A stretch of 63,550 nucleotides of DNA, the filler included, from Octopus bimaculoides (Eukaryota): the NCBI RefSeq assembly GCF_001194135.2. It is 5 parts of 5 records of this genome, joined end to end, with 100 filler letters (N's around TTAATTAATTAA, not from the genome) between each part and the next. Parts side by side here need not be neighbours in the genome. Positions count along the whole stretch, not along the records: positions 43,791 to 57,820 come from NC_068983.1; positions 57,921 to 63,550 come from NC_068996.1; 3 more parts are not named here. One strand, given 5' to 3'. Below the pieces are notes generated by a model, which did no database searches, was not told the DNA's origin, and was given only the letters and a program-made list of their open reading frames with translations. Positions 52,178 through 63,550 of the stretch are shown here, one piece after another. A program made the translations under genes and the position numbers. Position 1 is the first letter of the stretch, and each line of letters opens with the position of its first letter.

Positions 52178-53747
52178 TATTATTATTATTAATCATCATT
52201 TTATTTAGATTTATCTCGGTTGCCGACTTGTTTTCTTCTTTTCCTTTTTTTTCCCATTTTAATTTCAAAGCTACACATGGCATTATTGAAAAAAAAAATT
52301 CAATCAATATGGAACTCCGGCATATTGGCAATAATTGAAATAAAAATGTCTGTAATTGAAAAAAAAGTAAGATTTTAAAAAAGCAAAGAATGGAAACTGT
52401 GAGATAGAAAGAGAGAGGGAGGGGGGAGAGAGAGAGAGAGAGAGAGAGAAATAAAGAGAAAAGTGAAAAAAATATATTTAAAAAAAAGCATCAGAACTGT
52501 GTAAATATCAAACAGGATAAATTACAATTATATAATTAAAACTGGCTTTAAGTTGTTGCTAATTCATATCTCAGTGGTTTGAAGGCAGTGAGAAATACTT
52601 GCTTTGCTTCCGAGACTGGAATGTTTCGATTCGGTATTTAAGCTTTCGATTTTGGCACTGAGGATACAACGATAAGATGGACAGAGGAATATCATTACAT
52701 CTCTAAACTTTGATTATACTTAGGAATCAATAATGTATTTGTTACAGCAATTTTTGCATTTATCGGTTCATTGCTCTTATATCGTTTGAAAAATGTCAGA
52801 AACCTAAGGTATGGTATTTTCTGTATTAGTATTAGACATCGAGAGATGACCGGAAAATACAACTATGGAAATGTAGCTTATTACTGAAAATAATTGAAAC
52901 TGAACATCATTAAATGTTTGCATCGTACAATTCTCAAAAGAAAATCTGCTGTTTTCCAAGGCGTAGCCTATTGTTTTGGTCCATTGCAAAACATTGTAGA
53001 ATGGTCTTTTCCTCCACTTCCCAATTAATGGTGGATTGTAAGGAGCTCCTTGCAGAGAAAGCAGCTAACATCTCTTTACAGTAAACACTTAGGAAATGTT
53101 CTCCAGTTCTATACTCTTCTACATGTCTCTATGTACTTTTACATACACACGTATATATATATATATTTTTTATTTATTTTATTTATGAACCCTTTTAAAG
53201 CCTAGCCAGGCTCATGGGCCCAGTTTCCCGGTTTCTATGGCGTATGTGTTCCCCGCAGCTGGACGGGACACCAGTCCATCGCAGTGTTACTCAAGAAACG
53301 GAAAGAAAGAGTGAGAGAAAGTTGGGGCGAAAGAGAACAACAGGGGTTGCCACCACCCCCTGCCGGAACCTCGTGGAGTTTTAGGTGTTTTCGCTCAATA
53401 AACACACACATCGCCCGGTTTGGGAATAGAAACCTCGATCCTCCGACCGCGAGTCCACTGCTCTAATAACTGGGCCATTGCGCCTCCACGTATATATNNN
53501 NNNNNNNNNNNNNNNNNNNNNNNNNNNNNNNNNNNNNNNNNNNNNNNNNNNNNNNNNNNNNNNNNNNNNNNNNNNNNNNNNNNNNNNNNNNNNNNNNNNN
53601 NNNNNNNNNNNNNNNNNNNNNNNNNNNNNNNNNNNNNNNNNNNNNNNNNNNNNNNNNNNNNNNGAACATGATGTTTGTATATAGAAGTCTACATAAATGT
53701 GTATATTTGATCGTACATATACACATATAGATAAACGCACGCACACG

Positions 53748-53800
<53 letters not shown>

Positions 53801-54739
53801 GTATGTGTGCGTACTGTATTATATATTATATGATGTTATGTTATATTATCTATTATAATAATATTCTTATGTTTTCTCTGTCACAACATATGAACGTGAA
53901 AGAAAGGGGTGATGGATAACTGGTAGTGGGAGCGTTGTGCGTGTACAAGGGAAGTATGTAAATGTTTATATGTGTGAACTAGCGTTCTTTGAGTGACAAA
54001 TGATGATCGATGTCACATCTCAAATGACAACCACTTGATAACATTGACAAGTGTATTAATTTGATTTACCATCTATATTTATATATAAAATACTACAGTT
54101 ATCCGTCATTTTTGACGGCCAGGGGCCAGCTAGTATTATATATTATATTAGCGACATGATTGGTATTAATACTAAAAGACAATCTTTGTATTCTACTACA
54201 CGTAGATTCCTTATTAGAACGCTGACTACTGCGGTATGCGCTTTGTGAAGTCCTGCATGTAGACGTATGATACTGAAAGCACAGGCATATATCGTAGCTT
54301 CCGAGAATCGTCTTCCGTTCAGGATACAAATATTTTGGAACCCTATTTTGTCTTTTAATACACGAATATGAAATGTGTGAAATTCTAAAGTTTACATTCT
54401 GATATTCTCTCGAAGAGTTTGTGCTCTATATACTGCCAATAGCTTTGGATTGTACCAATGACCAAAGTTCTTGTATTTTTCACGAGCAAATCCTGAATGT
54501 TGTTGTTCTTGTTACTGCTGCTGCTGCTACTGCTGTTGATTCTGTTACTTACCTTCATGTCATGCCAGATAGAGCAAGGATTATGAGCAAAAAGAAAGTG
54601 ACGATGCGGAGGTGGAGAACGACAAGGAGGAGGGGGAGAGGGATGAGGAGGACGAGGAGAACAAAACGGGCAAAAACAAAGATGACGATAACGATCATGA
54701 TAATGAGGCGGAAGGAGAGGAGGAACGATAATGGTGATG

Positions 54740-55040
54740 TAGTGGACGATGGTGATTTTAATGGTGATGATAATGGTGGTGGTGGTCGTGGTGGTGGACG
54801 AGGGAGAGGAGGAGGAGGAGGAGGAGGAGGAGGAGGAGGAGGAGGAGGAGGAGGAGGTGATGGTGGTGATGGTGGCGCGACGGTGGCTGTAGGGGTTGTG
54901 GTGATGTTGGTGTTGCTGGCGCTGGTGGTAGGCTGGTAGCGGTGGTGATGATGGTGATGGTGACGACGTGGAACACGACAATGATGGCGTGGATGATGAT
55001 GATGATGATGTTAATGGCGATGACGCCGACGACAGCGACC
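54740..55040. repeat. Mixed (GGA)n/(GGT)n/(GAT)n trinucleotide tract
   Basis: Direct reading; source of poly-G/poly-S pseudo-ORFs. Confidence 0.9.
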
Positions 55041-57486
55041 GTATAAAAAATGATAGACTAACTATTATGCGTTATTAGGCGTCACCGATTCCTTCGTCTA
55101 TCTTGTAATGTTTATATCAGATACTTTCTCATAATCAGGTGTGTGTGTGTGTGTGTGTGTGTACTTACTGACATTTTTATGTAGACACATGAATTGATGC
55201 ACAGTTAGCATAACTGGACAAAGACAACGATTCGATGGTAATTATGAAACGGCAATTCAAAGCAGAAAAATAATTTAAATACAAATTAGTGTTTTTTTTT
55301 TTATTATTGATTTATTTCATTGCGGAGCTCAAAATATCGAAATTTACTTTAATCGAAGACAGATGAAAGAAATGTAATTAGAAGGAATTTGAATTCGAAA
55401 CACGCCTGTTTACAAAATTTTTGTCTGTTCCGTCTTCATATTTTATTGGTAACAGAAAATGTTAACTCTGAAACGAAATAAAGAACCAGATCCATGTATC
55501 TCTATCGGAAATATTAACATTTTTGGGGCCGTACATATGTGGTTGTCTGTATATTTTTCAGATGGTGGATAGCCAAAGACGTAAATAACATTCAAAACAT
55601 TCACCTTCACGCATCACACTGGAAGCCTTTGTGTGGTTTGTTGGTCCTGCCAAACATAGCAGCCAAACGATGAAGTTCCTGCCCTTAAAAAAAAATTCGG
55701 ATTTAAAAGGGGGTTTTGAGTATAGAATATTTGAAAAAAAAAGAAAGTCTGACGAAGTAGACACGGCTGAAAATGCTTTCAGCATATGTCTGCTCAATGG
55801 TAAATGATTTGGAAATGAAAAAAAAAATAAATCATAACAATGCAGATGTCCTTGATTTTTGGATCGCCCTAGGCACTAGCCCCTATCCACACGCACACAC
55901 ACTCTCACATACACACATGCATGCGCATTTTGGTTTTGGGATCACCAGCACATTATTATCTCCCCTTCTTCCTAGCTCCCCTGTCCAACTGCCTTTTTCC
56001 AACCCGTCGCCATGATTGACCGCTAAATTCACAAGTTTTTTTTTTTATTTATTATTCTCACTGTCATCATTCCATCGTGTCCCTTTCTATTGAACAGCGT
56101 AGGCTCAAAACACAAAAGATTTTCACACCTTCCCGAACGGCAAACTAATACACCTGCTTGTAGTTTATACACCTGTCTTTGTCTTTTGTTTTTCTGTAAA
56201 TTTCAAATACATATATAGAAGCAGACGTGGTTGCATGGTTAGAAACTTGCTTCCCAACCACGTCCTTCCAGGTTCAGTCCCACTGCGTAGCACGTTAGGC
56301 GAGTGTCTTTTATTATATGCTATAGCCTGGGGCTGACCAAAGCCTTGTGACTGGGTTTGGCTGACAGAAACTGAAAGAAGCCTATCGTATTTATATACAT
56401 ATTGTTTATTTAAGGGTCACAATATATTGCATGTAAGAACTACTAATAGTTTCATATGCTGAGAAATGCTGAAAGATATTCAGGCGCAACATATGAATCT
56501 TTTAATATGTATGTATATGTACAGGTTTGTATGCTTTGTTTTATGTATGTATTGTCATGCATATATTTGCATATCTAGACATGCTCATATATATTTAAAT
56601 GATAAACTTCTAGGAAGTTTTGCAGATTTTTACTTTTCTAGTGATCGATTGGATCTCTAGTCTTCAAATTAGATTTCTCCTTTCAGGTTTTGAGAAGCCT
56701 AATTTCTCAAGATTGGTATATAGGCAGTGTGTTACATATCTCAGGGCATATCGCTCACATGTAAATAATGTAAATAATGTACATAATTCTTCATCTCTTA
56801 AATATAGAACTGTATTTTCTGAAGAAATCTTAAAATTCTTCAGCTTAATCTCACCTTACCGTCTTTGAGAGAATGCATAGCATATTGGATGATATAAACC
56901 AAAATAAATTACCTCTAAAAAGACGGGATTTTTATGGCTACAATAATTGTAATATGATATCTGCTGGATAAAGGCTGATATTTTTGCAAAGATGTTCCAA
57001 GGTGTAATAATTTTGATTATCTGTCTGTTGGATAAAAACTAATTTTTTGGTAAATAACAGCAACTGTAAAGTATATTCATGAGTCAATTATATTTAAGAA
57101 AAAATGCATTTCTGATATGTCTGACAGACGTTTGCAATTATATTTCCCAGACTGAAATATAATCTTAAATCTACTCTGTGGAGATAAATCGCATAATCAC
57201 ATTATGACACTAATTAATAAACCGCATTCAGAAAAAAACGATATTTAGTGAATGTTGAATGAATATGTAAATAGCTAAAAAATTTGACTGAAGCATTCGG
57301 GGTCTAATGTTCCTGAAACTGATGAGATCGTAATATGTTGAAATGCTGCTTTTTTCAGAAGTTATACTTTCATACTTGCGCAATTAAAAAAAGCGTTAAA
57401 TTTTTAAGTGTGAAATATATATGAATACTGGGGTAGCAAACTGTGTCATCATAGATTCAGGCTAAGTTGGAGATGCAACGTAAAGC

Positions 57487-57522
<36 letters not shown>

Positions 57523-58147
57523 CTAACAGCAGGCAAGGATACTGACCAACAAGTCGTTCCGCATGAACGAACACAAGACGTAGAGACCAGGAATGCTGCG
57601 TTTACTACTACTGCCTTCACCACCTCCACTACCACCATTACGACCGCCACCAACGACAACAAAACCAAAACCACTACTGCCACCGTCATCGCAGCCACCA
57701 CTACCACCAAGAACAACAATAACAAAAACAACAACAACAACTCCACTCCTCTTTTGTTCCTTTCACCACAGACAACGGAAGGAGAGAAAGAGAAGAGCAT
57801 GATGGCCAAACAATTTGCTCNNNNNNNNNNNNNNNNNNNNNNNNNNNNNNNNNNNNNNNNNNNNTTAATTAATTAANNNNNNNNNNNNNNNNNNNNNNNN
57901 NNNNNNNNNNNNNNNNNNNNTTTGTCCTCCCCATTCCCAACATCACTTGACAACTGATGCTGGTCTGTTCATGTCCACATAACTTAGCAGTTCGGCAAAG
58001 AGACCAATAGAATAAGTACTAGGCTTAGAAAGAATAAGTCCTGGGGTCAAATTGCTCGACTAAAGGCAGTGCTTCAGCATGGCCACAGTGAAATGACTGA
58101 AACAAGTAAAAGAATAAAACAAAACAGAATATATTTANNNNNNNNNN

Positions 58148-58183
<36 letters not shown>

Positions 58184-58414
58184 AATATAATGATGTAACG
58201 ACTATAAAGCTTGAAACACGTGTTCCGCGGAATCCTTTGTGTTCTGTTTTTATTTTTACGTTTTTAATATATATATATATATATAACAAGGTGCTATGGA
58301 TAAATGGTCGCCATTTCATATTTTTAATTTCACATATGCGTATTGTTTGTTTTTGCTTTTGTCAACTACACAGTATAGTAGGGTCTGTTGGGCACCATCT
58401 GTGACAAAAACAGC

Positions 58415-59975
58415 ACCACGACGCCAAGGATCAGTTTTCAGCCCTCTCTTATTCATCATAGTCCTCCAGGCAATAACAGAAGAATTCAAGACAAAATGCC
58501 TTTGGGAGCTCCTCTATGCTGATGACCTTGCTCTAATTGCTGAGTCACTACCAGAACTAGAGGAGAAGTTTCAGGTGTGGAAGCAAGGTCTAGAATCGAA
58601 GGGCCTTAGAGTCAATCTAGCAAAAACCAAAGTCTTAGTAAGTGGGAAGGCAGACAAACTACAAATCCCTTCAGGGAGATGACCCTGCTCGGTCTGTGGA
58701 AAAGGCATAGGTAAAAATGTACCTTAATGTAAGCTATGGACACATAAGAGGTGCAGCAATATCAAAGGGGAGATAACTGGAAAGATAGTTTTTTTATGTG
58801 GCAGATGCATTGGGGCAATAAACACTAAAATTCTACAGAAAATAGATTTCATCACATGCCAAGGGGAAAACCTAGAAGTAGTTGATGGCTTCCATTTCCT
58901 AGGTGACCAAGTCAGTAGCAGAGGTGTATGCTCTGAGAGTGTAGCTACTAGAATAAGAATAGCCTGGGCAAAGTTCTACTTCTGCTGGTAACAAAGGTCC
59001 TCTTGCTCAGAGTGAAAGTATACTGTATGACGCATGAATGTGAACAGCCATGCTACATGGCTGTGAAGCATGGGCTGTGACTGCTGAGAACATGCATAAG
59101 CTTGCAAGAAATGAAGCTAGTATGATCTGCTGGATGTGTAATGTCAATGTGCAAACACAACAGAGTGTAAGCACCCTGAGAGAAAAGTTGGACATAAGAA
59201 GCATCAGATGTGGTGTGCAAGAGAGACAACTGCAATGGTATGGTTATGTGTTGCATATGGATGAAGATAGCTGTGTGAAAAAGTATCACACCTTAACAGT
59301 TAAGGGAACCTATAGAAGAGGTAGACCCAGGAAATGGGATGAGGTGGTGAAGCATGACCTTCAATTGTTGGGCCTCACGGAGGCAATGACAAGTAATTGA
59401 GACCTTTGGAGATATGCTGTGCTTGAGAAGACTTGGCAAGCCAAGTGAGACTGTAACTGTGGCCTATGCCAGTGTCGCATAACCGGCCCATTTAAGAGTA
59501 CCCTTCAATCACTAGGCAATATACTATGCTTGTGAAGACCTGTTGAGGCATGTGAAATCATTGTCATGGCCAATGCCAGTACTGCCTGACTGGCACCCAT
59601 GCCGGTGGCATGTAAAAAGCACCATTCAGTTGTGGTTGATGCCAGTCCCACCAGACTGGCTCCCGTGCCAGTGACACATAAAAAGCACCATACAAACATG
59701 ATCTATGCCAGTGCTGCCTGACTGGCTCCCATGCACCATTCAAGTATGGTCGATGCCAGTACCGCCTGACAGGTCCCCATGCCAATGGCACGTAAAAAGC
59801 ACCCACTACTCCCTCGGAGTGGTTGGCATTAGGAAGGGCATCCAGCTGTAGAAACTCTGCCAGATCAGATTGGAACCTAGTACAGCCTCCTCACTTCCCA
59901 GTCCTCAGTCAAATCGTCCAACCCACACCAGCATGGAAAGCAGACGTTAAACAATGACGATGATAATGATGATAC
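58415..59975 (+). mobile_element. RTE-clade LINE, 5'-truncated and degenerate, with tandem-repeat 3' UTR and (GAT)n tail
   Basis: QGSVFSPLLF, LLYADDLAL, GLRVNLAKTK, MLHGCEAW, QWYGYVLHM, RGRPRK; stops and frameshifts present. Confidence 0.93.
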
Positions 59976-60627
59976 GTAAATGTTAAAATGACAGTTAGGC
60001 ATTAACTGAAGAATCAGTTCCTACCTTTCAGTAGAGAGACGTATTTATTTTAATTCTACAAGAAAATGTTGTCACTGAATTCAAAGTGTTGGAAGAGTTG
60101 TAATCACATAATTTTGAGAGTCTCCAGTACGCATGCGCGGGGTTGGAATCTTCTGGAAGGCCTGCAGAAATTCCCTCAAGCGCATGCGCTGAAAACTGGC
60201 GGGAAAAGTTTTATTGCCTTCCCTGCTTGTGTCTCTGACTCGAGACGCAACCGTAGAACATTGCAGACGTGTTTTCACTCGCAGCTCACCCACGCTCCTG
60301 TCCCACACGCATGGCATTTGACCAGCTCTGTTTGTTACTGGAGTTTCTGTGATGTTATTTTCACAAATGTCTAATCAACTCCAGTTTTGCTGTTTTAATT
60401 ACCAATCAAACCGTTGTTGCTGACTGTCCGAATGTACCGTTATATATACCAGAACAGAAGAGTGTTATATGTTCGATGTTGCTGACTGACCAAATGTACA
60501 AATTATACATAACAAAATAAAAAGTGATATTATTGTTGAGATGCCTTCTTGTTCCTGAATAAATGTTGATGTAAGGAAATTGTGTAGCATCCTAACTGCA
60601 AAAATACACAAACTGAAATCCTACAAG

Positions 60628-60637
60628 TGGTGACCCC
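60628..60637 (+). promoter_or_regulatory. Primer-binding site complementary to the tRNA-Trp 3' end
   Basis: TGGTGACCCC, 2 nt after an LTR-like CA end. Confidence 0.75.
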
Positions 60638-61355
60638 CGGGAAAGAAATAAGAATATTAGCAGCCGTTCGTTTGATACAGGAGCAGTTGAAGATGTGTAC
60701 ATAATTGGACGAATAACAGAGTCTGGAGAAGATACTGTCGCCCGAGAAGTTTATTCTACAATGCTGCTACCAGTTACAATGTTATTTGTGGTGAAGCAAT
60801 TCTCATAAACAGTTTTTAAAAAAATTTATTTTCAAAACCGAAAGAACCATTAACGGTTTTTCCGTTGAGTAGAAGACTCTGGTGACGAAGAAGCTTGTAT
60901 TAAACAATTAATTGAAACATCGGTATAGAAGTTCAAGAACAATAAGAAGTCCTACAGTTATTGCTAAAATAGACGAAAAAAAAAAAAGAGACGAAGGTTG
61001 GTAATAAAATAAAAAATATATTTCTCCGTGCAAACAGTACAAGAAAAAAATTTTTTTTTTTTTTTGGTAAATTGTACACTTACACAAACATTTGTTGGTT
61101 CAATTGCTGGTTTTCTTATTTTTTTAATTTCAATTTATTTTTGTTCCTTTTCCTTATTGTCAGTTTCTACTTCCATTCGTTTNNNNNNNNNNNNNNNNNN
61201 NNNNNNNNNNNNNNNNNNNNNNNNNNNNNNNNNNNNNNNNNNNNNNNNNNNNNNNNNNNNNNNNNNNNNNNNNNNNNNNNNNAAAAAAAAAAAAAAAAAA
61301 TTAAAATGTCTCTTGTATTGTAACCTCGGTTTTTAATGGAGATGCAGCACTTTGC

Positions 61356-61493
61356 GGTACTACTAAAGCAGAGTGGTCCCGAACGCGCGTCCGCGCTAGC
61401 TAGTCGTGAGTGGTCGATCCTACAAAAAGCGCGCGTGTGCAAATGAATACATGTGTTTAGGGTTAGGATCGACCACTCTGCTTTAGTAGTACC
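61356..61493. mobile_element. Merlin-like MITE (138 bp) inserted in gag
   Basis: Perfect 23-bp TIR GGTACTACTAAAGCAGAGTGGTC; 9-bp TSD GCACTTTGC (61347-61355, 61494-61502). Confidence 0.85.
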
Positions 61494-61885
61494 GCACTTT
61501 GCTTTGCGCAATTAGAGGCACATTTTTCGGCTTATAAAATTTCTTCGGAGGATCAACTGAAACTTCTATATAGTTGTATGCCTCCGCAAATTGCAATTAC
61601 TGCTAGAGATCTTGTTACAGATCCTTGTCCAGAAGCTATTTATGCATCTGTGAAGGCAGAAATTTTAAAAAGAAATACAGAAAGTGAGGAAAGCAGATTT
61701 AATGAGTTAATGGCAGACACGAGGAGTTCGGGGATAGAACTACATTCCAATTTTTGTGCCGTTTGAGAGAGAGTTAAGTGGTAAATCCGCTGACGCTCCC
61801 CTACTTCGGAAGATTTTTTTTTTAAGATTGCCATCCAATCTACAAACAATTTTTGGCCACAGCACTTGAGTCAAATACTGTAGAC

Positions 61886-62094
61886 AAGGGGTTTTCAAAC
61901 TTTTTGACTTGCAGACCCCTTTATATTTCAGGCTTTACCTTAGGGACCCTCTTATAAACGCTTATGAAATTTATGCATAAATATTTGCTTAAAATAACAG
62001 TTTTACATTTATTTATTTAACAAATAGATTTATTGTCAATTAAAAAACATATATAAAATCAAATTGCCCATAAAAAGTATTTTGGTAACCCCTG
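61886..62094. mobile_element. hAT MITE (209 bp) inserted in gag
   Basis: TIRs AAGGGGTTTTCAAA / TTTGGTAACCCCTG; 8-bp TSD CTGTAGAC (61878-61885, 62095-62102). Confidence 0.88.
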
Positions 62095-62840
62095 CTGTAG
62101 ACCAAATAGCCACAATGGCTGATAAAATTGTTGAATTCTCTGTGCAGCCATCGTCACGAGGCTGCTTGTGTCTGCTCCGGGGCATCTTTTTAGTCTCAAT
62201 TGAGGCTCTTTCTAAACAAATTAAAACTCTGACCAAAAGGATGGACGCGATGTCTCGTGATGGTAAGCGTTTTTCAAGATCGCGTAGTCGCAGTCGTTCT
62301 GCATCTCGTTCCTCACAGTCAAAGTCCGGACTGTGTTGGTGTCATTCAAAATTTACAGAGAAGGCACACAAGTGCTTACAGCCATGCATTTTTAAACATT
62401 TAAACTAGCTTCGGGGGAGTTGTGCACGTCAACTTCATCCTCTTCGTTTTCTAGTTATCGTGCATTTTTTGTGAAAGATCTAGTGTCGAAGAAATTCTTC
62501 ATGGTAGACACTGGTTCTTGTAGCATTTGGCCTCTGCGTCTTACTACCGACAGGCCAGAATGCACGCTATTGACTCGTCACCAATAAGCCACATTCGGGC
62601 AGGTTTCGTTACGCCTCGACATAAATCTTCGTCGAGATTTCCAATGTGTTTTTGTCATTGTTGACATTCCGCATCCTATTTTGGGTGCGGATTTTCTAAA
62701 TCACTTTGATCTTTTGGTAGATGTCAGGCGTCGGAGGTTAGTCGACAGTTCGACTACACTCTCCACGCCGACTAAAGAATCTACCATCTCCAACACTTGT
62801 CTTCGCGACTATGGTGTTCGCATTAATCCAGACAAGCGAA

Positions 62841-63362
62841 GGTAAGGTGGACGAGAATTTAAACAAATGAAGTTCAGTTTAAAGTTTATAAATAAATATA
62901 TTTCATTCCATGTTCAGTTTAAACTTTATGAATAAATGTATTTTTGCATTATTCATTATTGTTTTTAAAAATAAATCACATACACCCATCATCCCCACCA
63001 ACGACCAGCACCAAAAGCGCGCGTAATTCAAATTTGTTCACTTTGAAATCTACACGAGAACAAATTAGTTGCAGGTTTTTCACTATGACTTCTGCATATC
63101 TCAGTGTAAATGGAATTAATCACCGCGATATTGCTATCGCCACCGCAACAACAGCAGATAGTATTCACTGGCTCAAGACATACGGACTGTTAAATACTCA
63201 AAAAATATGCCCCTCGTGTGGAAGTAGCCAAAAACAATTTGTCAGATGGCATGATATGGTCATGTGGAAGGCCGTGTAGAAAAATGGTTTCCATTAGAAA
63301 AGGAACATTTCTAGAAAATAGCAAATTGAAATGCGAGCAAATTATAGATATATTATATATTA
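62841..63362 (+). mobile_element. Merlin (IS1016/IS1595-related) transposon 5' part, transposase N-terminus from ATG 63085 with one frameshift
   Basis: Starts GGTAA exactly where the gypsy RT stops; WLKTYGLL...CPSCG...DGMIWSCGRPC...SIRKGTFLENSKL...IIY. Confidence 0.75.
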
Positions 63363-63450
63363 CTAGCAGAAATACCCGGCGTTGCCCGGGTTAAAGAGAA
63401 TAATATCTAAAAACGCCGTCTAGACTACGCATCATCTTTATATATAGAGA
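63363..63450 (-). mobile_element. Mini-Helitron (about 88 bp)
   Basis: A|TC start, subterminal hairpin CCCGGGCAACGCCGGG, CTAG|T end. Confidence 0.75.
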
Positions 63451-63550
63451 TGTATATACACACACGCACCCAAACACACGTATATATATGTATATCAATA
63501 TAAATATATGAAAGTCAATGAAGTTTCGTAAAAGAAGGTGATCATGTACA

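Larger units (their letters stand above)
60099..62840 (+). mobile_element. CsRn1-type Ty3/gypsy LTR retrotransposon: putative 5' LTR ending 60625, PBS, gag, protease, short RT piece
   Basis: ...CTACA-AG-TGGTGACCCC; gag FAQLEAHF, ADKI, CWCHSKFTEKAHKCLQPC; protease MVDTGS and ILGADFL; LRDYGVRINPDK. LTR start is uncertain. Confidence 0.85.

Noticed and set aside
54385-54981. Ser/Gly/His-rich ORFs (also 18036-18411, 49053-49826, 57513-57809)
   Set aside because: Trinucleotide microsatellite mosaics open on both strands
59560-59800. Repeat-spacer-like pattern suggesting a CRISPR array
   Set aside because: Eukaryotic LINE 3' UTR; the intervening sequences are themselves repeated, and there are no cas genes

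Overview
AT-rich, microsatellite-saturated animal genomic DNA from a gappy draft assembly. The repeat families suggest an octopus or other coleoid cephalopod (inference). Four identical 100-bp spacers (44 N + TTAATTAATTAA + 44 N) split the window into five joined blocks. The only host gene I can support is a minus-strand chain of 10 GT-AG exons (32662->19142). They splice without stops into 595 codons matching my recollection of the C-terminal region of FREM2/ECM3 (Fraser-complex extracellular matrix protein), after the Calx-beta repeats. The upstream exons and the expected terminal furin-site/transmembrane exon were not found. The rest is transposon debris: CR1, RTE (one with a PHD-like finger), R4/Dong copies embedded in (TAA)n, Penelope relics with hammerhead-like motifs, mariners, hAT and Merlin MITEs, Helitron/HINE elements, several SINE families, and a nested CsRn1-type Ty3/gypsy element at the right end. 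No novel protein system is evident. The most interesting leads are the hammerhead-like motifs, the possibly truncated FREM2-like gene, the CpG-decay contrast, and the Merlin/gypsy nest. All family assignments come from recalled motifs; no database searches were run.
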